From positions 15,209,951 through 15,273,950 of the forward strand of contig NC_057732.1 of NCBI RefSeq assembly GCF_004010195.1: a stretch of DNA of 64,000 bases. Reading direction: 5' to 3'. The stretch is from Chiloscyllium plagiosum (lineage: Eukaryota). The position numbers and the translations under genes were made by a program. Positions 49,960 to 61,338 of this stretch are shown here, piece by piece (the stretch's first letter is position 1; each line of letters opens with the position of its first letter). A model generated the notes under the pieces. That model made no database searches. It saw only the letters and a program-made list of their open reading frames with translations, and had not been told where the DNA came from.

Positions 49960-50710
49960 ATATATGATGGAAACTGATCCTTAGGTTCAACACATCCATG
50001 CCAACCAGATATGGTCTAGTCCCATTTGCCAGCATTTGGCCCATTTCTCTTTAAACCCTTCCAATTCATGTACCCATCCTGATGACTTTGAAATGTTGTA
50101 ATTGTAACAGCATCCACCACTTCCTGTGGCAGCTCGAACAATACATGCACCCTCTGTGTGAAAATGTTGCCTCTCGGGTCCCTTTTAAATCTTTCCTGTC
50201 TCACCTTAAACCTATACCCTCTAGTTTTGGACTCCCTTACCTTGAAAAAGACCTTGGCTATTCACCCTATCCACGCCCCTCATAATTTCATAAACCTCTA
50301 TAAGGTCACCCCTCTGCCTCCGATGCTCCAGGGAAAACAGCCCCAGCCTATTCAGCCTCCCCCTACAGCTCAAACCCTCCAATCCTGGCAACATCCTTGT
50401 AAATCTTTTTCTGAACCCTTTCAAGTTTAGCAACATCTTTTCTATAAAAGGGAGACCAGAATTGAAGGCAGTATTCCAAAAGTGGCCTCACTAATGTCCT
50501 GTACAGCCATAACATGACATCCGAACATGACATGACTAATTGAAGACAAGCGTGCCAAATACCTTCAGCACCCTGTCTACCTGCAACTCCACTTTCAAGA
50601 AAGTACACACCTGCACCCCCAGATCTTTGTTCAGCAACACTCCTTAGTGCCCTAACATGAACTGTACAAATTCTGCCCTCGTTTGCCTTACCAAAATGCA
50701 ACACCTCAGA
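49960..50710 (-). mobile_element. CR1/HER1 LINE 3' end
   Basis: ORFs 50016-50204, 50221-50436 and 50363-50704 carry CR1 C-terminal motifs. Confidence 0.88.
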
Positions 50711-51349
50711 TCTCTGATGTGTATTTAATTGTACCCTGGTAACTTGCTCCTTCTCTTGGAATTATCTGCTAATATTGGCTGGTGTTCCAATGATTGATCT
50801 TTCATGTTACCAGACCCAACCCATGATCAGCAATTTGTCTGTAGGGTCGTGCTTGCTGCCAATAAATCACTGGCAATAAACAAATAAGGCTGATGGATCA
50901 ATTCGTCCTGGTTCTACCATTGGTCTCTTTTAGTATTTGTAGCAATCGCTGCCTCTGTATTGCATTATGGTGAATAGAATCTGAATTTTGGGCTCAGTTC
51001 ATGTCCCACCTGCTTCAGAAATGTGAAATAACATAGTTACAGTATGGAAGGAGGTCATTTGGCCTATCGTATCCTACACTGCTCTCTGCAAGAGCAATTC
51101 ACCTAGTTTCACACCCCTCATTTTTCCCTCATTTCGAAAATGTTTTATCTTCAGAAAGATCTGGTTGCTGCGAAGTTAAGACCTGCATCTCAAAGTGATC
51201 TAATGAATCACAAATTTTTCACAAGAATTAAATCACAATAGAAAGTAAGAGAAAACAATATGAATGTATTAGTCTCTATACAGAAATGTTAGTGAGATGC
51301 TATTTTGCACTTTAAATTAATTTTAAGTCATCTACTTTTCATTATGTAG

Positions 51350-51525
51350 ACCATTTAAACAATGCAGCGAAAAGATCAACCTCAATACGTACCTCAAGGT
51401 TTGTATCTTTGACCATTGTGTGGTAAATTCTACAATTGACTGTAGCAGCTTGGAAGCTGCTGCTTTGGCCTGTGCAAGTGTTGGCGCATGTGTCGACTGG
51501 AGGCCTTTCACCAACGGCATGTGCA
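51350..51525 (+). CDS. Mucin-like exon F (C8 domain)
   Basis: PFKQCSEKINLNTYLKVCIFDHC...DCSSLEAAALACASVGACVDWRPFTNGMC|gtaagt. Confidence 0.93.
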
Positions 51526-52494
51526 GTAAGTATTAGAATTTTGGATATTGGCCAAGTCCATTAAAATTGCAAAGGATTTCTTCCACGTACAGGAGCTGTT
51601 CAACAAGATGAAAAAGATATAGCATCTAACCAAACTATTTTTAGTAACTGAAATGGTGACAGTGAGATTCTGATTTTGTACAAATATATAGTCAGAAAAT
51701 TTTGTGTTAAATTTATAGAGACAAAAAAAGCCCCAAAATGGGAACAATTTTATGATGATTGGAGTGTTATCTGTGTGATGTGGGATCATAAGGAATTGGA
51801 GCAACTGTAGGCCATTCAGCTCATTTGAGCCTCCTCCAATTGCTGAACAGCTTGTGGTATTAACTTTACTTTCCCACCTCCCTCTCCACCCCACACCCCC
51901 ATTACTCTTACCTCTCTTGTAGATCAGAGCTCTGACCAAAGGTAGACTATTTGAGTTATTAAAGTCTTCTTGAGAGCCATTGAAGGAGGCAAACTGGACC
52001 AGACTACAACAATGGCTGCAGGCCAACTTCTTGAAAATTTCCTTTTTGACTGTCATGCTTTGAAGATCCATTCAGTGCCTTTTCATTGGATGGTGAACCT
52101 GCCCTCTGATCACTAACTGACAAATTCAGTGGCTAACACAGGCGAGGGACTATGCTCCGCACTGTTTATGAGGTTTTGATTCCCATTTGAGTCTGATGGC
52201 AGGGTTCTAGGTCTCAGGAAATCTGTGTCTACTACACACTACCTACTTCATAGTCTACATTGTTAAGAAATCTCTTTTGGTAACTGTTTATGATAAATCT
52301 ACAATGTATTTCTCTACCTGTTTATCTGTTGTAGTGCTAAAACCATTCCTGGTAAAAGTCGCACTCTACCAAACAAGCTAGGCAATTGCTGACCTTTACA
52401 GGGCTTTATTTGGTTATACCATGTTTAAAGTGATTACTTTTATAGTCAGATACTTTGCCCATGTTTGTATCTAACATATTATTTTGTACTAAAG

Positions 52495-52564
52495 ATTATA
52501 CCTGCAACCAAGGTTTTGTGTACAAGCCATGTCAAAGCAAGGAAGATGATCAGTGTAAGAATGC
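52495..52564 (+). CDS. Mucin-like exon G (TIL, first half)
   Basis: YTCNQGFVYKPCQSKEDDQCKN|gtaagt. Confidence 0.88.
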
Positions 52565-52693
52565 GTAAGTATGTTTTCTCTATTCAAACACAAAATTCAA
52601 CTCTGTTTTCTAATTGCACCCATTATTTGTGATATGATTAATAAGCCCATAATGCTACAAATGTAACTTTGAATAAAATGTTTTATTCTTCAG

Positions 52694-52800
52694 TACATTG
52701 ATAGCTGGGGAGGCATTAACTCCCACTGGGGAAGGTTGCTTTTGTCCAGATGGAATGCTCCTATCTGAAGATAAATCCAGATGTATTGCTTTTTGTCAAA
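52694..52800 (+). CDS. Mucin-like exon H (TIL, second half)
   Basis: ...EGCFCPDGMLLSEDKSRCIAFCQ|gtaggt. Confidence 0.9.
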
Positions 52801-53892
52801 GTAGGTTATTTTGTTTTTTCTTCTCATATGGACATTATTTATCAATTTTCATTTGTTAAAATGACCACTGCACAAAATACACAACTGATTTAGTCATGAT
52901 TTAGTACTTGTGTCTTTGATAGTATATATAACTCAAATGAATAGGAATGCAAAATGCTCAAGATTATACAAAGTTATTTAAAAATGCAGTCGGTCACTCC
53001 CTGTTATATTCATCTGCCCACAATCTTGCTGCCTTAATAATTGTCTCATGAAGACTTCTGGCAGAAATACTTCATGTGCCTCCTGATTAAAAACAGAGGG
53101 ACTTGCTTCTCCACACACTTCTACCAGATAATACTTGATCTGATTTCTTAAGGAATTAAGGCGTCTTTAAATTTTATAGCAATATATAAATTTTGGCCTC
53201 CCATTGGACATGACCTATGACCTCAATCCCAGGGACTGCACACAGCATACATTTGCAAATTGCAAGTGGCTTGAACTCGAACCTATGATGTGGCTCAGGC
53301 CTGATCAAATTGGGTACATTTAGCAACTGAGCTTGGGTGACAGGAGGAGGAATATTAGTTTCCTTTCCTTTTGTACAAATTATAAATAAAAATGAATTTA
53401 TTTTTGACATTGCTGGGAATGTCTCTCAGCCTTTGTTTAGGAACACTGATCACTAGGACAAGGTGGAGATCAGAAAGTTGGGGAAGTTGAAATACACACT
53501 AATAAAGGAATTCATCCAATATTATTGTGCCTTAAATCCAAGAAACACCTGTTCTCATCCATACCTAACATGAAGATAATCGCGATACTATAATGGCTTT
53601 GCAGCTAAACAGGTTAAAGAAAAACATGTCAATAGTATTGTGGAGATTCTTCAGTTGCTGCAACATCCATTACACAAGTCAATAGGTTATGGTGTAAAAT
53701 ACTGTTCTTATTCTCTTCAGAGATGGCACAATCAGCCTGTTACAACAAACAATTAAAAGATACCCAATTCGTTTCTGAGAAACTGAGCAAGTTCACAGGA
53801 ACTTCACGAATTAACCAATAAATCAAATGTTTTGTGTGCATATTACAATGAAAACAGGCATATTAATAAACAATTTCTTCTGGTTTTTCTAG

Positions 53893-53924
53893 ATTGCCGT
53901 GACCAGTTTGGACAACCAAGAAAT
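53893..53924 (+). CDS. Mucin-like exon I (32-nt exon)
   Basis: ag|NCRDQFGQPRN|gtgagt; resembles the mucin C.g..G.Pr mini-exon and restores phase. Confidence 0.85.
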
Positions 53925-54840
53925 GTGAGTGTTCCTAATCTCCAATAATTGTTTTATTAAGAAACTTGTAGACTGAACCAACTACTTATTAACTGCCTTT
54001 TAAGATTAATGAGTGATAAAAAGAGGAAATCTATAAAGAACATATGGTATTACAACTGCAGATTCAAGTAAATTGAGAACTTTTAAAGTTGAAATCGTAC
54101 TGTATAATATTGGCACCGCAATCACACATGAAGTTTCTATATTTGTGTTCTTTTATTATTTTGTGGGTCATTGAAGTAGATGATTAAAGAAAGAATTGTG
54201 ATCATTCTGATATCACTATCTTACAATTTCAACCTCACAATAAAGTATGGATATCTCCAAAAGAGGAGGAAGAAAGTGACGGAGAAATGTAGGCAACTTT
54301 CAACTGTATAGTGAAAGTTGTAATTTTAGTTGAAAATTCCTGTGACTTCTTTTTAAAAATGATCAATTTTATTGCTCTGATTAAAGCCATTAAGTATGTT
54401 TTTCTCTGTTAGGCCGCTTGCTCGGTGCTCAACTTCATAAAACCACGTGACCAATGAAAATATATTCACCGCATACCACAGTTTCCTGTGTAGAGAAGCT
54501 TTCCAGTAATTTTGAAGCTGTGACAATTATTATTTGGTCAGAACTTGCTTATACATCCACAGTGATATTCCCTTTGAATAATGGCCCCAATTTCAGATAT
54601 TAATCTTTAGCCAGGGAGAGCCAGATCTTACAGAAGTAGATCTTTAAAAAATATGAAGCAAAAATGTGATCTAGTCAGTCATTTTCTTTTCTGTAATAAG
54701 GGAGTAGCAATAGAAAAGTGCTCATCCAGACATCTTCCTGATTAAGTCAATGTGAGGTATACTTATACATAATATGATAGATCATATGAAGTGTGTTTCA
54801 AGGAGCTCAACTTTTATTAGCTTTATTAAACTTTCCATAG

Positions 54841-56257
54841 ATTAGAGTGGTGCTGGAAAAGTAAAATCGATGTTTCGGGCAAAAGCCCTTCATCAGGAAT
54901 ACAGGCAGAGAGCCTGTAGGGTGGAGAGATAAATGAGAGGAGGGTGGGGGTGGGGAGAAAGTAGCATAGAGTACAATAGGTGAGTGGGGGAGGGGACGAA
55001 GGTGATAGGTCAGGGAGGAGGGTGGAGTGGATAGGTGGAAAGGAAGATAGGCAGGTAAGACAAGTCATGGGGACAGTGCTGAGCTGGAAGTTTGGAGCTG
55101 GGGTGAGGGAAAATGAGAAAACTGGTGAAGTCCACATTGATGCCCTGGGGTTGAAGTGTTCCGAGGCGGAAGATGAGGCATTCTTTCTCCAGGCGTCAGG
55201 CTCCCCTTCCTGGACCTCTCCATCTCCATTAATGACGACCGACTTGACACTGACATTTTTTACAAACCCACCGACTCCCACAGCTACCTGGATTACACCT
55301 CTTCCCACCCTACCTCCTGCAAAAATGCCATCCCCTATTCCCAATTCCTCCGCCTCTGCTGTATCTGCTCCCAGGAGGACCAGTTCCACCACAAAACACA
55401 CCAGATGGCCTCCTTCCTTAGAGACCGCAATTTCCCTTCCCACGTGGTTAAAGATGCCCTCCAATGCATCTCGTCCACATCCTGCACCTCTGCCCTCAGA
55501 CCCCNNNNNNNNNNNNNNNNNNNNNNNNNNNNNNNNNNNNNNNNNNNNNNNNNNNNNNNNNNNNNNNNNNNNNNNNNNNNNNNNNNNNNNNNNNNNNNNN
55601 NNNNNNNNNNNNNNNNNNNNNNNNNNNNNNNNNNNNNNNNNNNNNNNNNNNNNNNNNNNNNNNNNNNNNNNNNNNNNNNNNNNNNNNNNNNNNNNNNNNN
55701 NNNNNNNNNNNNNNNNNNNNNNNNNNNNNNNNNNNNNNNNNNNNNNNNNNNNNNNNNNNNNNNNNNNNNNNNNNNNNNNNNNNNNNNNNNNNNNNNNNNN
55801 NNNNNNNNNNNNNNNNNNNNNNNNNNNNNNNNNNNNNNNNNNNNNNNNNNNNNNNNNNNNNNNNNNNNNNNNNNNNNNNNNNNNNNNNNNNNNNNNNNNN
55901 NNNNNNNNNNNNNNNNNNNNNNNNNNNNNNNNNNNNNNNNNNNNNNNNNNNNNNNNNNNCCCCAGCTCCAAACTTCCAGCTCAGCACTGTCCCCATGACT
56001 TGTCTTACCTGCCTATCTTCCTTTCCACCTATCCACTCCACCCTCCTCCCTGACCTATCACCTTCATCCCCTCCCCCACTCATCTATTGTACTCTATGCT
56101 ACTTTCTCCCCACTCCCACCCTCCTCTCACTTATCTGATGACGGGCTTTTGCCCGAAACATCAATTTTCCTGCTCCTCAGATGCTGCCTGAACTGCTTTT
56201 CCAGCACCACTCTAATCTAAACTCTGGTTTCCAGCATCTGCAGTCATTGTTTTTACC
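54841..56257 (+). mobile_element. Penelope-like element, 5'-truncated with inverted terminal segment and 14-bp TSD
   Basis: Plus strand 55203-55500 encodes the PLE RT thumb (FLDLSI..DIFYKPTDSHSYL.YTSSHP..CKNAIPYSQFLRL..ICS); 54841-55200 is an inverted 3' copy; taaactttccatag at 54827-54840 and 56258-56271; hammerhead cores at 54869-54896 (-) and 56135-56162 (+). Confidence 0.92.
55505..55959. other. Assembly gap (455 N) inside the Penelope element
   Basis: N run. Confidence 0.99.
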
Positions 56258-56266
56258 TAAACTTTC

Positions 56267-56565
56267 CATAGAGTCATAGAATCATTCAGCATGGAAACAG
56301 ATCTTCCTTCCAACTCATCCATTTTGACCGACTTTCTGAAATTAAACTTGTCCCACTTGCCTGCATTCGGCCCAATTCCCTCCAAACCTTTCCTATTCAA
56401 GTACCTGTCCAAACGTCTTATAAATGTTGTAACTATACCTGTATATACCACTTCCTCTGGCAGTTTATTCCACATATAAACCACACTCTGTGGAAAAGGT
56501 TGCCCCTCGGATCCCGTCTTAAATCATTCTCCTCTCACCTTAAAAATATGCATTCCAATTTTGAA
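56267..56565 (-). mobile_element. CR1 3' end fragment
   Basis: catagagtcatagaatc tail; ORF 56257-56484 (WNKLPEEVV..G..TTF.R.LD). Confidence 0.85.
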
Positions 56566-56807
56566 CTATGTTAATAACACTGATCTATGATTAGTACAGT
56601 TTAAAAAAAACTGAATATTCATAAACTATTTAATTAAAAGATACATTAATACAGTTAATGGCCAAAAGGAAAACATTTGAGCGTCAAATGACCAAGTTAT
56701 TTATTAATATCTGTAATCTGATGTCCATTCCTAGTAAGCAAATAAAGTTCCAATGAACCAGGATCATTAAGGGTAAAATAAGCTGCAAGTCATACAAACT
56801 TCCAATA

Positions 56808-57166
56808 CAGTAGCGCCTCGACTTACAAACTTAATCTGTACTGGGACCCGGTTCGCGAACTGGATCAATTTTTCCCATTGTTCAGATAGTGTAAGAATGC
56901 TTGGACATAGCAGCGAACGCTGTTCACAGCACACGCACCAAAGACGAACTGAATGAGATCATGTGGGGCCCGAGAGCTTTTGCGTTCAACAAGCGCGGAG
57001 CAAAGCAGAACAATGAAGCCACGTGGTCGCACATGGGCTTTTTGCATTCGTACTTTGATTCGTACCTTGAATTTCGTACGTACGTTGAAGCAAACTTTTA
57101 CGTACAATCCTGTTCGTAAACTGATTTGTTCGTGAACGGGGTCGTTCGTATGCTGAGGCGCTACTG
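56808..57166. mobile_element. Tigger/pogo-type (Tc1/mariner) MITE
   Basis: TA|CAGTAGCGCCTC...GAGGCGCTACTG|TA: 12-bp perfect TIR extending imperfectly to about 23 bp, TA duplication, 359 bp, no transposase. Confidence 0.88.
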
Positions 57167-57928
57167 TATATGTTCCACTTCTGACTTTCGTAGCCAATGA
57201 AAATAAATAATGTGGCCGTTTTAACTTAGTGCTTTTGATTACCTTTTAAAAAACAATTTCAGTTTGTGGAAGTGCCAGGTGTTACACTGGATTATGGAAT
57301 TCAAAGATTGAAATGTAACATGAAATTTGAAACAGAAGCCCCAAAGATCATGATGCAGGGATTCTTCATTCCACTTGCATCAGGTCTTCACAAACATGAA
57401 GTGAAATTAAAGATAAACAAGGAAGTATTTAGACAGAGTGAAACTTGTAGTTTACATTAAGCTGAAGAATGGCTTATCTGTCTGCTACTTCCTCCCCTGA
57501 GACCTGCTTCCTGAGAAAGCAATGTCCTTCGAGCTTTTGGCTGCATGCCTCACTCTGTCCCCAGTTTATTGAACAAAAAGATGATAGGAAAGACCAGCAT
57601 TAGGGATACACCTGACTTCTTAAAGTTGTGCAATGTGTTAGCCTCTGAATGTAGATCAAAAGTGCCCCACCACTGTTTCGCCGAGGCCAGAAATGGGGAA
57701 TAATATCAATGCCATATTATTTCTTTGTTTTGCCAGACACATAATAAATTTATACTGTTGCATAAGTATGGGCAAAGTGCTGCATTATCATTTTTCAGGA
57801 TAATAGTTTAAAAAAATCCTTTCTGCACTATTAATAGCACAAAAGCATAAATCAATGGATAAAATATCAGTTGGGCCTGGAAGTGAAATGTCAATATCGT
57901 TATTGTATTTGTGTGCTTTCACTCACAG

Positions 57929-58039
57929 GAGGGTGATGCATGGGAGGATGCCAATAATCCATGCATTTCATATAAATGTACTGAGATTGGAATTGTAATC
58001 AGAAATATGTCCTGCAATCAGGATGAAAGCTGCCCTGAG
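57929..58039 (+). CDS. Mucin-like exon J (VWC)
   Basis: EGDAWEDANNPCISYKC...SCNQDESCPE|gtatgt. Confidence 0.9.
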
Positions 58040-58501
58040 GTATGTGGTGATCATGTATATTATTACTATCATGTGTCTCATCCCCTTTGTGTATTTTTCT
58101 ATTACTCTAATTATTATTATTATTATTCTATTACAATGTTCAATTAATTGAGGAAACTCTTCTAAATAGAGCCCTGGCTCTGTATTTATAAACAGCATGA
58201 ACATTTTATATTTTGAATTTAATTAATTTATTCAGCAAACTTACCAGTTCACTTAACACCCTCAGAATCCCATCAAACACCTGCAGGCATGAGAAATATT
58301 TTAAATGGATCTGTGCCAACACCACCAGACAGGCAGGTAGCAAATTGGTAACAGCGACTCATTTGAGCCTCTCTTTCATTTTTATTTAGTTTCAAATTTA
58401 AAATCATCTTCATATTTTCCACATCAATGGAAAATAGGCAGTGTGAAAAATCAGCTGCTGATAAATTTAATAAATTTATTGACTTAGACGAATTTTACCT
58501 A

Positions 58502-58635
58502 TGAAGCGTAGATGCCAGTGTTGGACTGGGTTAAAAATCACACAACACCAGGTTATAGTCCAACAGGTTATTTGGAAGCTAGTAATTCCAAATAATTCTG
58601 TTGGACTATAACCTGGTATTGTGTGATTTCTAACT
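58502..58635. mobile_element. Fold-back Penelope family-2 short element with 11-bp TSD
   Basis: Arms aaatcacacaacaccaggttatagtccaacag / ctgttggactataacctggtattgtgtgattt; aattttaccta at 58491-58501 and 58636-58646. Confidence 0.8.
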
Positions 58636-59024
58636 AATTTTACCTAGTTAGATTAAGTTTAGTATTTTGATTTTAAAAAAAGCTGTTTAGTGTTATTTTG
58701 ATTCCTTCAATAAAGTTTCCTATTCTGTATTACACTGACCATACTGTTTTCCATCACTCTCATTGCAAGTCAAATAAATATATTGTGGGCCTATCAGGTC
58801 TAAGGTAAGATGTATTCTGTCTATCAATATGTTGTTGTATTAAGGTATGTTCTTACATTTAATTTATCCCATTAAAAGAAAAATAGATAACAATGCAAAT
58901 GGTATGGTTATACGAATAAACATGACAATATTTCAAAAAGGAATTTGTTTTCATTAGATGCTGTTTATATTTTAGAAATAACAACCTATACTAATGATTC
59001 AATATTTTCTTGATTTATTTTTAG

Positions 59025-59076
59025 TCTGACAGAGTTTACCTCGATCGTTGTTGTTTTGCATGCCGATTAACACAAG
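59025..59076 (+). CDS. Mucin-like exon K (end of VWC)
   Basis: tag|SDRVYLDRCCFACRLTQ|gtaccc. Confidence 0.85.
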
Positions 59077-59531
59077 GTACCCATTTAACATGTTTACATA
59101 AATTTTAATTGTTCTTTGTCACAATATTTATTGAAATTTAAGACTTGAGTGTAAAATTAGAATAGCTGAAAACTGTGGCACCAACTTGAACAAGAGTCAA
59201 ATTTCTGTTTTGTAAATATTATTGCCAGAGATTTCTTCCTGATCAGCCACCATAACTTTGGTAGAAACCCCTGTGGAAATGATGGCTTCTGATCAGGGGA
59301 ACATATGAATATTTCCTGCTGTGTGTTTTGAGTATTTTTTGTAAAAGGAATAGCAGCATTTTTTCAATCTGATGCAAATTAATCTCCATTTCCAATATGT
59401 ACTCAAGCATGACGTTGAAGATTTCCAACTCCCTTTCACTGCTGAAATGTTATTTCCATTCTAGGATATGGGTCTAATCACACTGTTACTCTGTTTGCAT
59501 TTTATCGCATTGGTAGTCTTTCATATTGTGA

Positions 59532-60180
59532 CTAGGAAAAAGTGAGGACTGCAGATGCTGGAGATCAGAGTTGAAAAGTGTGGCGCTGGAAAAGTACAGT
59601 AGGTCAGGCAGCATCCGAGGAGCAGGAGTATCGATGTTTTAGGCATAAGCCTTTCATCAAGTTTGTGGAGGTGGAAGGGGGCTGAGAGATAAATAGGTGG
59701 GGGAGGTGGGACTTGGAGAGGTAGCCAGGAAAGCGATAGATGGATGTAGTGGGGGGTGATTTTGACAGGTCAGAGCAGATTGTTGGGAAGGAAGATGGAC
59801 AGGTCGGACTGATTAAAGAGGCCAGTGTTGAATTATATGGTTGGATCTCTGATGAGATGGGGGGGGAGGGAGATGTGGAAACTGGTGAAATCGACATTGA
59901 TGCCACCTGTTTGGAAGGTCCCAAGTTAGAAGAAGTAGTACTGGTGAAATCAACCTCTCTCCGCTCTGACCTATCACAATCACAATCCTACATACATCTA
60001 CCTATCGCCTTCCCAACTGCCCTCACCCAGTCCCCACCTCCCCTCCTAGTTCTTTCTCAGCCCCCTTCCTGCTCCTGCTGTCCCACATTTCTGATGAAGG
60101 GCATATGCCCGAAACATCAACTTTTCTGCTGCTTGGATGCTTCCTGACCTGCTGCGCTTTTCCTGCATCATACATTTTGA
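59532..60180 (-). mobile_element. Penelope-derived element with inverted ends and 14-bp TSD
   Basis: ctttcatattgtga at 59518-59531 and 60181-60194; hammerhead core CTGATGAAGGGCATATGCCCGAAACATC at 60091-60118. Confidence 0.88.
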
Positions 60181-60519
60181 CTTTCATATTGTGAATCTAC
60201 ATCATGTACTTTAATAGATTGTTAGTTGCATCTGCAGGTGATTTCCAGTCAGTCACAGGCCAGTACAGGAGTCAGCAACTATGCTATGTGTTTTGCGCAG
60301 CTGCCAGTTTCTGTGTTTGACAATGGATGCATCTCAGACACTAATTAAAGATGCTCAATGTATTTCTGTTGGGAGTCACATTAAGAACTTGTAATCAGAA
60401 AAGTGTTCCTGTTACTTTTGGGTTTGTCAGACTACTTAATCCTAAAGATGCACAAGCAGATGTAAGTCATTTGGCCCATCGAATCTGCTTCATTTTTCTA
60501 TGTTGGGTTTTTAATAAAC

Positions 60520-61165
60520 AAAAGAGCTGGAGTTAGGATAAGTGGAACAACTTCAGGATGACAGCCTGTAACTAGTGGTTTGCTGTGGTGATGGAGCCAC
60601 AATTATTCACAATATATATCAATGACAAGTGAATAGGCAAGTGAATGCACTATAGCCAAGTTTGCAGAGGACACAAAACTTGGTGGGATTGCTTGTGCTG
60701 AGGATGACACAAGGGGTTCACAGAGGGATATAGTGAGCATAAACTTGGCAGATAGAATATAATGCTAGAAAATGTGAGACTATGCACTTTGGCAGTAAGA
60801 ACAGAAAAGCTAAATATTACTAAAATGGAGAAAGACTGTAGAAAGCTGTAGGACAGAAGGATTTGGTAGCCCTCATCTCAAAGAGCTGACATACAACTTC
60901 AGCAGGTGGTAGGGAAGGCAAATGAAATACTGACTTATATTTCAAAGGGGACTGAGATAATAATAAGGAAAACTCTACAAGACACTGTCAGACCACATAT
61001 GAAATAATGTGAACAGTCCTGGGCTTCTTTTCTAAGGAAAGATATATTTGCATTCGAAACAGTCCGAAGGAAGTTCACTTGGCTGATCTTTAGCCTGGTG
61101 GGATTATCTTATGAGGAGCAGTTATGTATCCTGCACCTATACTAACTGTAGTTTAGGAGAGTGTC
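60520..61165 (+). mobile_element. Old CR1 RT fragment
   Basis: QLFTIYIND...AKFAEDTKLGG...MHFG remnants. Confidence 0.75.
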
Positions 61166-61235
61166 TTATGCTGAGGTAGATTAAATAATCTTCCTTAATT
61201 CTAACTCCCACAGTAATTTATTTTCCCTATCTTAG

Positions 61236-61338
61236 GTGAATGCAAAGTTAATAAATTCAATGAAACAATCAGAAGTGATAATTGTGAAGCAACTTTTGAA
61301 GCAACACAATGTCTCGGGCATTGTTCATCAGCCACACG
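61236..61338 (+). CDS. Mucin-like exon L (cystine knot, first half)
   Basis: GECKVNKFNETIRSDNCEATFEATQCLGHCSSATR|gtaagc; CxGxC motif. Confidence 0.92.

Noticed and set aside
51508-52071. 187-aa minus-strand ORF
   Set aside because: Antisense intronic sequence with repeat fragments; no recognisable domain.
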